From Naegleria gruberi (lineage: Eukaryota), in the NCBI GenBank assembly GCA_000004985.1, contig GG738854.1: DNA of 64,000 nucleotides; one strand, given 5' to 3'. Positions 46,034 through 57,510 of this stretch are shown one piece after another (position 1 is the stretch's first letter; every line of letters begins with the position of its first letter). Below the pieces are notes generated by a model, which ran no database searches, was not told where the DNA came from, and was given only the letters and a program-made list of their open reading frames with translations. The position numbers were made by a program, and so were the translations under genes.

Positions 46034-47179
46034 TTAACAAATCAACGTTGCCTTATACACATTCTGAACTTCTGCAGCATTCAATGCAGAATTAAAGTAC
46101 AAAATGTTAGCCATGGAACCTGCCCAGTAATAATTGCTTGCACATGCTCCACCATAACATCCAAACACTAATCTGTTAGTTGGTGAACCCGCTGCCCCAG
46201 CAAAGGTCTTTTGCAATGCTCCATCGACATACAAGTCAACTGTTGATGTCTTGAAAACCAAAGCAATATGATGCCAAACATCTGATGTGAAAATTGCATC
46301 ACTAGTTCCCAATTTAGTGTTACCATATGCATACAAACTGAAGGCTTGAGCACTAAACTCAATATATGGACCTCCCGTTCCCACAGACCAAGCAATACCA
46401 GTATTAGCATTATTCTTCTTCATCCATAAAGCCAAAGTTTGACTAGGGCCAAAGGCAATGTTGGTAGTAGAAGATAATCCTGTATTCACTCCATTAAAGA
46501 CAACACTCTTTGGAGCACCATTTGGAACATCAGTGGATGAATATGAGATAGTTCCGTAAGCTGTCAAATCTAAACCAAAGTCATCTTGACCATTAGAATT
46601 GACCAATTGATACTTGTGAATAAGAGTTGGGAGACTGGTACAAGTGGTATTCTGACAATAGGAACCATAATAAGGAGATGTACAATTACAAGTATTAGGT
46701 GAAATACAAGAACCTCTTCCAGAACAAACGCTCGACTTGTTTGTAGAGGAAATTCCAAAACATGTTGGAACGTTACAAGTTGGAAAGTTTGTGTAACCAT
46801 CTGCACACGAATCACAATCCATTCCAACAGTGGTAGCACATCTTGCATCGATAGCAGAAATTTCCAAATCCAAGGAGGAAATGGCTGTCTTTAACTTGTC
46901 AAGTTGTTTAACACGAGTATTGAGAATGATAGTTGTACTATTAGTGAGAGTACTATTAAGCAAGGCAATACCCTTCGATAACTTTTCATAACTCGACATG
47001 AGGTTTCCCCTTTCAGTTTTCAAATCTGCAAGGAATTTTCTCACTCCACAATCACTGTTATTAGTACATACTGCAGTGCATTGTATCATGAAGGTTCCTA
47101 ACAGCCAAGCACAAAATGAAAGCAGCGCAATAGAGTAGTAAATACTGTTCGATTGAGCACGGTGATGTTTGTTAAACAT
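46034..47179 (-). CDS. Type II/secreted protein with Cys-rich EGF-like region and a C-terminal concanavalin-A-like lectin/LamG-type domain
   Basis: ATG at 47179. An N-terminal hydrophobic anchor and a coiled-coil precede a Cys-rich stretch (CDSCADGY...CNCTSPYYGSYC). The ConA-like/LamG pattern is LWMKKNN...WHHIALVF...VDLYVDGAL...NRLVFG. Confidence 0.55.
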   Translation of the reverse strand: MFNKHHRAQSNSIYYSIALLSFCAWLLGTFMIQCTAVCTNNSDCGVRKFLADLKTERGNLMSSYEKLSKGIALLNSTLTNSTTIILNTRVKQLDKLKTAISSLDLEISAIDARCATTVGMDCDSCADGYTNFPTCNVPTCFGISSTNKSSVCSGRGSCISPNTCNCTSPYYGSYCQNTTCTSLPTLIHKYQLVNSNGQDDFGLDLTAYGTISYSSTDVPNGAPKSVVFNGVNTGLSSTTNIAFGPSQTLALWMKKNNANTGIAWSVGTGGPYIEFSAQAFSLYAYGNTKLGTSDAIFTSDVWHHIALVFKTSTVDLYVDGALQKTFAGAAGSPTNRLVFGCYGGACASNYYWAGSMANILYFNSALNAAEVQNVYKATLIC

Positions 47180-47619
47180 TTTTTCTGTTTTGATTTGAGC
47201 CGTACAAATTCCTTGGTCCTGTTATTACTGTGCTAGAGTGATAAAACCCTTCAGTCTTGTTGGGCCACAACAAACTTGCCAACCTTGAAAGTCGCGTCTA
47301 TTACATGATTGCATCTCCCTTAATGATTCGCATGTATTGAGTATTGTCTTAATAAGTATTCTTTTATCTTTTAAGGAACTATATCCGTATTACTGTAGCG
47401 TCTTTTTGAACGCAAAGACTTTCTCAATCGCATAGAAAACCATGATGATTCACCAATCACCACCTTAAATAATAACTCTATTAGAATGTACAAGACAGTT
47501 GTTGCAGTTTCCTTCCAACTTGTTAAAAATATCTAAAAACCTCATCATCATGATGTTGAATATATGTTGTTCTTATTAATAATTGTCAACAAAAGGAGTA
47601 TCCCTAAATCCTCGGAAAT

Positions 47620-48891
47620 TTGATGAATAACCGATCATATGTGAATGGCAGTTTGAGCATTTTCATCAAATATTTTGAAAAAATCAAAAAAATATTTAAA
47701 AAATTGTTTTTTAAAAAAATGCATCTTCCTCCGAGTAGCACTTACATCATTGGTGCTAATTATCCATTTGCACCAGCCTTTAATTATTACTCTCTGAGTG
47801 ATAACGGAGGAGCTTTTAATAGCAATAATATTACTAATAATACAGATTGTTTTCCTGTTAAAGATGGATATCATTATATTCCGTGGATGTTGAACGCTTT
47901 GGGAGAATGTATTAGAACACCAACAGAACAAGCAAGTTTCTGGATTGGTTTGAGTAGTATTGGTTTTTGGTTATTTGCAAATTTACCACAAATTATTGAA
48001 AATTATAGAAAATCTAATGCCGACAGTTTGGCTCCAGCATTCTTGTTCCAATGGATTTTGGGAGATTCTCTCAATTTAATTGGTTCAATTCTTGCTAATC
48101 AATTACCAACTCAAATTGCTACTGCTGTTTATTACGTTTGCATGGATGTAATTTTAATTGCTCAATTTATTTATTACACAATTAAGAATAGGAGGAAGAA
48201 GCAAAGAGAAGAATTGACAGGAATTAATGAATCAGACCATTTGATTCAAGATGACTCAAAACAAAAATCATACGGAAAGATTATGGCTTTCTCTGCCTTC
48301 TTCTTAACAGCTGGTTTTTATTTAATGCAATCTCAAATGTCATCAGAGGGTGTTATGAATTCTTCATTCAGTACTGGTAGAAAATTATTATCTGAAAGCC
48401 AACAAGATATTGAAGATGGTAAATATTGGCCTATCTATGGTGTTGATATTGCTGGTTACGTCATTGGTTCATTGAGTACTTGTTTGTATTTAGGTTCTAG
48501 AATTCCACAAATTATTAAGAATGTAAGTTTTATTTAACACTAGTTCACTAACTTGTGGGAAATAGTTCCAGAGAAGATCTACCGAAGGTTTATCACCAAT
48601 TTTGTTCATTTGTGCCTTTTTGGGTAACTCCACTTATGCTGGTTCTCTTTTCCTCTATTCTGTTAGTTGGCAATTCATCTTGTCCAGAGTAAGTATTCTT
48701 TATTGAAACACATTTGTTAATTTAAAATTTAATAGCTCCCTTGGATCATTGGTAGTGCTGGTGTTTTGGTTATGGATTTGTTAATTCTTTTGCAATTCCT
48801 TTTCTTCAACGTAATTCTTAAGAGAAAGATTGAAGGAGGAGCAGAAGAAGGTTTTGAAAAATTGGAAGAGGAAGAAACTTCAGAGCAATAA
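47620..48891 (+). CDS. PQ-loop repeat transporter (vacuolar/lysosomal cationic amino-acid exporter type), 3 exons
   Basis: Two PQ-loop repeats (LPQIIENYR...; LGSRIPQIIKN). Introns at 48523-48565 (43 nt, CACTAAC branch) and 48689-48735 (47 nt), both GTAAGT...AATAG. The stop TAA ends at 48891. First ATG at 47623. Confidence 0.75.
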
Positions 48892-48967
48892 GTTCATTTC
48901 ATTTCAAAATATATAAAAAATTAATTAATTTATTTTAGAAATTTATTTTATTTAGGATTTATATAAA

Positions 48968-51900
48968 TTAGTTGTTGGTAATCTTAATATTGACTGTTGA
49001 AGATTCAGTTAGCATATCACAACTTCCAGAACCAAGTGGAGTGAGATAGTACTTGCCTGCATCATATAAGGCACTCATGGCAGAAACAACTTCAGAACCA
49101 GAAATCTCACATTCATAAACTTCATTGCTAAGTGCAAGAGTTGGAAGGGAGGTAGCATACTTGGAGGTTCTAATTTGAACATCAATTAAAGTTTCTTGAT
49201 AAGTCATACCATACTTGTAGAGAGAGTGAACTCCAGAATCAGTGGTGTGATAATAGAGACTCTTAATCTTGTTAGTATCAGCAGAATTGAGGTCACAAGC
49301 AGTAATGGTAGAATTATCACCAGAGAGAGAAAGCTTGAAGAGACCTTGTTCCAATTTTTCATTCAAAGAAACCTTCAAAGTTAAAGTAGTGTAATTGTAA
49401 TTATCATCAAAGGTATTTACAACATTGAAAATATCCAATTGCTTCAAGTGGAGATGGTATGAAGTGTACTTGCTTGAAGTAGTACCGCTCCACATAACAA
49501 ATTCACATTTGTAAGTTGAGCATGATTCTCTGTGGAAAGCAATTGATGAATCCATACCATAATAACTCTTGTAAGTGGACAAGACTGAACGAACACTGAT
49601 ACCATCGAATGATTGCATTGTGATTGATGAAAGTGAGTTGGCAAGATCAAAGGTGACAGATTTACCAGCAACACCATCAATTGACAAAGCAGTAGTAACA
49701 TCGGTGCTTTGAGCTGTAATGGCAGCACCTCCAATCTTTGTGTTTTGAGCGTATTTGATCTTTCTTGGAGTAGTTGAAGTGAAACCACTTGAAGCAATGG
49801 CAATAATGATAACAAGAGCCAAAGCAAGACCATTAACAATCAAAACCTTACCAAAGTTAGCAGCACGATGCATTGATGGCATGTATGAGATAGTCATTAA
49901 GAAAATAATCAAACCAATTGCAGAACCAATCATGGCACCACTAACTGGATAATTAGCACGTGACATTAATGGAATAAGCATGTGTGAGAATCTATCAAGA
50001 ATATCAATTGTGACAGTCAATGGTGGCCAACTGGCAATAGCCATGAAAATGAACCAATACAATTGATGGTAGTGAAGGGCATGGAAGAAATCTTTCCATG
50101 TGAATGATGAAAGTTGTGAAGCAATTTCATGTCTCAAATTTCTCTTCTTAGCCAACTTGTTAAGATAAGAGCTGTCATCCTTTGACAATTCGTCTTCCTT
50201 CTTCTTTCTTCTAAGTTCCAAGAACTTCTTTCTCTTATTAACATCATCACCAGCTTCAGTCAATTCTTCAGTCATGGTAGCACCCATAGCTTCTAATGCC
50301 TTAGCACGAGTCTTATTTCTTACAATCAAATAGGTCCACATAATAACACGATCCAAAACCAATAAAATGATGAGCATACCACTCAAACAGAAAGACCAGA
50401 AATAGACAATGTAGAATGACTTCAATTGAGTACACAATGAAGCAGCTGTCAATAAACCCCAGAAGAATGTAAGAGCAAGATATCTTTCCTTATCAATAGC
50501 ATAAACCAAAGTTTGAGCAGCAGTATTTTCACCAGCCTTCAATTCACTCTTATCCTTCATTGAAACTCTGTACATTTTGAAACAACCACAACCTGAAATG
50601 ACAGCATTACCAATGACGTGAACACCGTATTGAGCTAAAAACATACCCAACAAGGTTGGTAAAGCAAATAAAAAGATAGCCAACACTGGATCTCTATACC
50701 ATGGCATGTGTTGAATACCATCCACTATGGCACCCAGAACTGCCGCAAATAAAATACCAAAACCAAGAGACAATACATAACCACCCAAATAGAGAACCAA
50801 ATATAATAAACGAGCTTGCAAACCAGTAGTACTCTTCTTAAATAATTGATAAACAGATGAAGTATCATGATAACGAAGTGAAATCATGTGATCAATGATA
50901 ACCAAAACAATAGGTAAAACCAAATCAACAACTACAATGATACCTTGAATAGCTTGACTCCATCCAAAACTCAAATTAATTGTAAAACCACCCAAAATAT
51001 CAAAATAAACAATATCAGCATCATAATTAGCTTCATATTCAGTATTGGATTCTTCCATAATCTTTTCATTTCTGGTAACTGAAAGAATTTGAGCCAAAAC
51101 ATTGTCACCCAAATGTTGTAAAGTCTTTTCACCAACAACGTCATATGTATCAAACTTGGTTCCATAATAATAACCATCCCAATAGTATGCATAATCCATA
51201 CCCTTCAAATAAAACTTTGGTAAAGTAGTATTACGATAATCTCTACTAGAAAAGACATCATAATCATTAGTATAGGTAGTTAATCTACTTAATTCATAAC
51301 CAATTACTGAAATATATGGATGAACATTACCATATTCACCAATAATTGATTGATCTGTCATTCTAGAAACCATTGCCTTTCCACCACTTCCTACAGAATC
51401 TAAATTAACAAAACGAAGACACTTCTTTGACCATTGATGATTTTTCATAAAGGCAACAGTTGCTTCTGGAGTTGATTGAGTACTTCCACCACCAAAGAAG
51501 AAAACAACTGGATAAGTAGGTCCAGTAGTTGTGTCCTGACTAATCAAATTGTAAATCAATTCTAACATGGTTGCAACTCCAGAGGCAGCACTTGATGCAC
51601 CAGCACTAAATTCCACTGAATCATAATGTGAGGCAACAAGGAATGAATGCATATCATCAACATTTTGTGTTGTTGTTTTAGGAGTGACACGAACAAGGAC
51701 ATTACTAAATTGGTGATAATCTTGTTTTTGAACTTCTAAACCATAACTTCCAGTTGTTTTCTATTTTTTCAAATTCAAATTCAAAATCATCATCATTATA
51801 TGATTTGCAACAATATTTTTGTATTATTAGTATTAACAGTTAATAATATTTTGTAAACAATGTTGTATTAACATTTTACAATTATTACAACAACAATAAC

Positions 51901-52286
51901 AACAGGATAACAATAACAAATCAATAACAACAATAATAATTAATAAAACTTGAAATATATAAACAATAACAACTTACACTTGCCCAAGTATTAGTTAAAT
52001 TATAAATATAATCACGAGCTGTCAAGGCAGCAAGTGAACCTGGAACTCTAACAATTGGTTTATCATTATTAGTAGTTAAAGCTTTTAAATAAATTCTTGC
52101 TCTATCTTCAGAGAAACTTGTAGCAACTGTTGATTGTTCTAAATAAAATGGCATTTGACGTCCACCGAGTAAACCAATTAAAATAGCACTACCAAAAAGT
52201 AAAACTGGTATGAACAACCATATACATGGTGCATACAGGAAGTTACTTGGATACAATGTAAAGCACCAGTAACGAAGCGAAAACAT
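48968..52286 (-). CDS. M28-family metallopeptidase, ER metallopeptidase (ERMP1/FXNA)-like, multi-pass membrane, 2 exons
   Basis: Exon 1 52286-51978 (signal-anchor, FSEDRARIYLKALT, RVPGS). Exon 2 51760-48968 with M28 zinc-ligand motifs (HYDSVEF, NLDSVGSGG) and nine C-terminal TM helices. ATG at 52286. Confidence 0.8.
51761..51977 (-). other. Spliceosomal intron (217 nt), longest in the window, rich in TTGTTA/TTATTG-type tandem repeats
   Basis: Donor AGT|GTAAGT (minus strand at 51977), acceptor AAAAATAG| at 51761. Contains ttgttattgtt-type microsatellite runs. Confidence 0.65.
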
Positions 52287-52627
52287 TTTTTTTTAATTTA
52301 TTTTTGACGTTTGGCAGGATGATGGCGCCCAAATAGCTAATTTGTCAACAAAGCTAATTTTGAGTCTATCAAAGTGCAATGGAAAGGAATTGGAGAGATT
52401 TGAGTACCGATAATGGATCTCTCTTTAAACTTGCGATAACACCATGGTGATTGTGCTGGTTGACTAAACAAGAATTGAAAATGATTCATTTTGGAATTGT
52501 TAACTGCGAGTAGAGAATGGATCATATTCAATCTCTAGTTTGAAATAAATTTATTTGATTTCTTGTTCAATCGATTGACACTTGGCATTAAAAAAACATC
52601 ATAACCAAATTGACAGATCCCTTGCTC

Positions 52628-53689
52628 TTAAATCTTGAAAATGAATGTTTCAAACAGTGGTCTAAATGCATCCAATTCCTTAATATCTGCAGTGTTATCA
52701 TATGATGCTGAATTAATTTTACCAATATCAAGATATTTCAATGAAAGTGAAATACTCTTATTTAGTATGAGAGATTTACAACTTTCCAAATCTGATGATG
52801 CTCTTATGATTAATTTTTCGAGTTGGAGTGTACATTTGATATTGGAAACAGAATTCAAAATTTTTGGTAGTTCAATTTTCAAATATTTCAGATTTGACCA
52901 AACTGGATTATTGAGAATGATTGAAAATCCTTCATCCCAATTTTTCAAAATTGAATTAAGAAATGGAGCAATGACAAGCTTTTTCAATTTGGAGAATAGT
53001 TGATTATTGCACATTAATTGAATATCTTCCAATGTTACTAATTCCCATTTCAAAATTAATGCGGTTAAATTGATTAAACAATTAGTTCCAGAGCTAACGC
53101 TACCAAAATTGGTAAAACTATTACTTTGCAAATTCAGAGTTTTGAGATTTCTCAAAACTTTACTATTGAAAATATCCGAAAGTCCTCTATTTGTAAACTT
53201 GTGATTGATAATTGTCAAATTTTCCAACTTGGCAAATATTTCACAATTAGCTATTAATCCAATCTCATTTACGAGTCTGTTTGCTGGATCAGTAAAGTCA
53301 CCATCAAATAATTCCTCCATTGATTCCTGATATTCCAAATATAGAGTCTTTAAATTTCTCAAATGAGGATTTTCAACGAATCTTCTAAAACTTTCCACAA
53401 CAGTCAACTTGTTATCGAATATTTCCAAGTCAGAAACATGCTCCATCAAAATGTGATCGGTAATTTTAAATAAATTATCGTGAACATCACTAAAGTATTG
53501 TAGGTTGATTGACCGAAAGTGTTGACTTGCTGCTAACCATGATTTGGAGATTATTCGAAATTTGAGAGCCTCTTTTCCTCCTATCATTTCCATCATGATA
53601 AGACAAATCTCTGGTTGCATTTTTTTAATGTTTAACAAGTTCAGGGAAGTTTCTAATAGAAATTTAGTCCAAGAAATGGTGTTGAGCAA
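52628..53689 (-). CDS. F-box/leucine-rich-repeat (RNI-like) protein
   Basis: The N-terminus PEICLIMMEMIGGKEALKFRIISKSWLAAS is F-box-like. Repeated L..L.L..N.I/L modules (LKTLNLQSN, LINLTALIL). No introns. Confidence 0.55.
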   Translation of the reverse strand: MLNTISWTKFLLETSLNLLNIKKMQPEICLIMMEMIGGKEALKFRIISKSWLAASQHFRSINLQYFSDVHDNLFKITDHILMEHVSDLEIFDNKLTVVESFRRFVENPHLRNLKTLYLEYQESMEELFDGDFTDPANRLVNEIGLIANCEIFAKLENLTIINHKFTNRGLSDIFNSKVLRNLKTLNLQSNSFTNFGSVSSGTNCLINLTALILKWELVTLEDIQLMCNNQLFSKLKKLVIAPFLNSILKNWDEGFSIILNNPVWSNLKYLKIELPKILNSVSNIKCTLQLEKLIIRASSDLESCKSLILNKSISLSLKYLDIGKINSASYDNTADIKELDAFRPLFETFIFKI

Positions 53690-53787
53690 TCAAAGATAAG
53701 AATTGTGCAAACATCTTTTTTTTATAATTTAATACTGGGTTCTCACACGTTTATTTTTCAAAATTGTTTAAAGAATGAATTATTCTC

Positions 53788-54965
53788 TTAATTCTTCTTC
53801 TTGTGTTCCTTTTTCTTTTCAGGAACATACTTGTCAACCTTAATTGGGGAACAAACCTTCTTCTTCTTGGCACAGACAGATTCTTCACCATACTTGACAC
53901 ATTTCTTGTGACCACCAACGAATTGATACTTGGCACAGACCTTATAACCAGGTGACTTCTTGACACACTTCTTCCAGTGCTTCTTCTTGATACATCTTGA
54001 TTTGGTTTGATGATATTGAGTACAGAAGTTGACAGCCTTATAGTTAGCACAGAATTTACGTTCCTTGAACTTTTCACAAACTCTTACTCTCTTCTTGAAA
54101 TCACAGAATTGATTTTGACTCCACTTGGTACAGAAACGAGCCTTCTTTTGAGCAACACAGAACTTTCTATCAATGAATTTAACACATCTCTTAGTGTAAC
54201 CCTTCTTGAGACTGAATTTAACCTTATTGTATCTGACACACTTCTTAGTCTTGGTATATTTGGCACAAATCTTATGACACTTTTGTTGACAGAAAGCATG
54301 ATAATAAGTATCAGTCCATCCCTTGTAATGTTTACCGTTAACCTTCTTCCATCCCTTTTGGCATTTACAGACTTTCTTGTAGGCAGAACAGTAAGCATCG
54401 AGCTTGTATTCAGCACATCTCTTCTTGTAGTGATATCCGACCTTTGGAACATTAATGAATTTGGCACAGACATTTGACTTGTCATACTTGGTACAAACGA
54501 AATGATAAGCATATTCATCACAAGCATTGTTCTTGCCCTTATGTTCACACAAATTCTTCCATGTTGACTTGATACAATACTTTTCAGTCTTGTGCTTGTC
54601 ACAAACTTGCTTGTAACCTTTGAAAAAGTTTACAAAAATTGTAATATTTCAAATAACTTACCATGACCCAAACACAAGTTTCTAGACTTGGAATACTTAT
54701 CACACTTGCTAAATCTCTTATATTTCAAACACTTTCCTTTGCCAACCAACTTCCAATCACAGCACTCTTTCTTAGTTCCAATCCATTCATAATCTGAACA
54801 CTTTCCCTGGACAGTCTTGTAATGAGTACACTTCTTGTAACAGAATTGTTGATGTTCTCCGTAAGTATCAACATTCTTTGCTGGTTCTGGTTTACTTGGA
54901 TTTGCCAAGACCAAAGCAGCGAATGCAAGAGCAATGCACAAGCTTATTATGAATTTTGTTTTCAT
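53788..54965 (-). CDS. Secreted, extremely basic, cysteine-periodic tandem-repeat protein (2 exons, ~377 aa)
   Basis: Exon 1 54965-54662 encodes the signal peptide MKTKFIISLCIALAFAALVLA plus Cys/Lys-rich sequence. A 44-nt GTAAGT...CAAAG intron (54618-54661) follows. Exon 2 54617-53788 encodes ~25 tandem ~9-aa units each starting with Cys (CVKFIDRKF/CVAQKKARF/CEKFKERKF...). About 45 Cys and a large Lys/Arg excess. Confidence 0.65.
53800..54600 (-). repeat. Coding tandem repeat (~27-nt period) encoding C-x-K-[FY]-x-x-[RK]-K-F units
   Basis: The periodic tgt...aag...ttc codon pattern in exon 2 of the Cys-rich gene produces long spurious ORFs in other frames and strands (54007-54477 +, 54084-54602 -). 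Confidence 0.6.
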
Positions 54966-55681
54966 TTTGTTTTTTTGATATGTTTCCAATGAATGAAATC
55001 GATGCAGAGTTTAAATACCATTCTGAAACTTTGGAGAAGATACATTGTTGTGGTTTGTTTCATTTCAGAAACTTCAATGTCATTTCCATTTTTGAAAGAT
55101 TGGTCAAATGAGTATTATTGATATTGAGCAATAGTTTTAAAAACAGTATGAAATGAAAATGGCAAATAAGACAACTCCCATGTTTGATATGTAATTTCAG
55201 CTCTGTTATGGGTTCAATCAAAAATTTCCAAACTTGTCCTTTCATATTTCAATCTCGTTTTTAAACGTTGTTGAAGGACTCATTACTGAATTGAATTTTG
55301 GAGGAGCCAATCATCTGTTAATGCATTTCCTTGACGACGTGTGGTAATGGAGTAAAATCCAAATTATTGCTTGTTTTCAAGAATTGTTTCACAATGTCTA
55401 GCATTTTCAGAACAATTTCTTCAACAAAAGGATTTTCTAAAATAAAAACAATCCCTTTCCACAAAATAAGGCACTGCAAATCCAGAATAATTGCCACATT
55501 CTTTCAGTACATAGGGACTCAACTTTGGGTGTTTAGGTCTTAGATATATTCGATGGATTTCTCAAGAAATGTCTAACCTGTACTTGATTAATAATCTTAC
55601 TAGCAAAGTCTTTCCACGCACAAAGGAATGCAACTTGCAAATTAAAATTGTGTCTAGGTAGTTGTTCAGATACAATTCCAA

Positions 55682-57363
55682 CTATTCTTCTTCTATTGAT
55701 TCAATCTCTTTTTTCAACTCTGCTTTTTCATTGTTTGGCAAATTATATACGAGGCTTAACATATCCCATGATTGATCAAATGAAAGCAAATCAAGGCCAT
55801 AGTATGAGTGAACTTGTGTTGTTATACTTTTAAGAACTGCAGATTGAATAATATCCCTAGATTCTGTTACGAACTTGGTTCCACAATAAATATCAGAAAT
55901 CAGAATATTTTCAGAATAGAGGAGAGTTCTTAATTCATCAATTTCTCTAACAATTATTGATAATAAATCTCTTGGAGTACCACTTGAAGATAGAATCACA
56001 GTTTCTTCTGTTGAGAAGAGGTCGCATTCATCAATTGCTATGATAAAAACTTTGCTTTTAGGTGCAGTTTCGTGTACCAGTTTTACAATAATAGACTTTG
56101 CTTCTTCTCTGAGTGTTGTAATAGGAAGAAAATCGTAATTTTGTTTTAGAAGATCCACTAAAATGTTTTTTGAAGCTCCTGAGTTGCTTACTCCCTGAGC
56201 GAAGGATGAAAATTGTAAAATAGAGCTAAAGGGATTCAAATCAACATTGTCTTTTTCTTGTTCCCAAAGATCCATTGAGTGTCTAAGAGCAATAAGCTTG
56301 GAAATAATTAGACACTGAACCAGCTGTCTTGATGTTGCATATGCTGCAATCAAATCATCCCCAGATCGTTCTCTAAATTTTCTAAGAAAATAGGAACAAG
56401 CCATATCGTTAGCTCCACAATTAGTGACCTCTGCGTCGTTTGAGCAAGTTAGAAGAATGCCAATATTTTTGGACAATTTTCTGGAAATCTTATTTGGTTA
56501 AAAATCATAATCTTTTTACAATAACTTACAAAAGCTGTTTTTCCAACTCCTGATGGAGCAATGATGGTAACTGTGTTTCCATTATCGATTGATGTATTCA
56601 ATGATTCATTTTCCACCTCTACCTGAAGATTTTGAAAGAAAGGTAAAAGATCTTGTTGTATCAACACTTGTTTCTCCTTTTCTGAACTTTGAACCTCATA
56701 AAATGGTAACAAAGTATCTCTAAACATGGGATCTTCTGAAACTTTGACTTTGTGTTCTAAAAAGAGTACCTCCTTAGAAAGTGTGTTTGTGAAATTAAAG
56801 ATATTATCACTTGGTGTCCTCACCTCAAATAAAGATAAAGAGTCCATTAAAAAGTTCAAGTCTTTCCAATAGCATTGCTTATATACTAAATCGATCTGTT
56901 GAGAACCTTTTATCAGCAGATCTGCTAGTCGTAAGTAAAATTCTTTAACACCAAAATGAAGACCAAACGACAATAGAGAACGAGCATCAAATATTGGAAG
57001 AATTTCTTGTGCTCTTTTCATATTTTCTTTCTCTTCATTCTCAAAAGACGGAAACGGCCCCACGTATTCTCTTATTATTATCATACCTTCCTCTACTACT
57101 CTCGTCATCAATGCCCTATCAATTGTTGAGAATTGTAAATAAAGTTGTGAAATTATATTCAATACTTCTTCAGAGTTTCCTAGTTCTAGACATATACAAG
57201 CTCCTGGATTTTCCCTCAAAATTTGTTCTTCCTTCATCTCGATAACACACTGGCCTTTAACCTTGTCTATTATTTTAGGCCAAACTTCAGCGTAGGGAAT
57301 TTTTGTGCTTGAGAATTTTGCGTCGTTTTTGTGGGGTGCGGTTAAGGTAGTATCTGAAGGCAT
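55682..57363 (-). CDS. Divergent P-loop NTPase with DEAD-box-like motifs I and II but no helicase C-terminal domain (2 exons)
   Basis: ORF 56449-57363 ends IIAPSGVGKTAF at a GTAAGT donor. After the 41-nt intron 56489-56529, ORF 55682-56476 continues ISRKLSKNIGILL... Walker A APSGVGKTAF resembles A.TGSGKTAAF. Walker B is VFIIAIDECDLF (DExD-like). A ~300-aa N-terminal domain is of unknown type. Confidence 0.5.
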
Positions 57364-57510
57364 TTTTTCTCTGCTGGTAAATCCTTATTAAAATGAAAAT
57401 ATGAACAATTGTATAATATGTGTTTTTTTTCTTTTACAACCATAAAGTTCATAAGTTCATCTCTCCATAAAATTAGAGCTCTAATCTTATCAAGTTTTAC
57501 AATAAAAAAA

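Noticed and set aside
54007-54602. Long ORFs on the + strand (54007-54477) and in an alternative - frame (54084-54602), overlapping the Cys-rich gene
   Set aside because: These are artefacts of the 27-nt coding periodicity. They have no start context or signal peptide, and their composition mirrors the real frame. The genuine frame has signal peptide, intron and stop.
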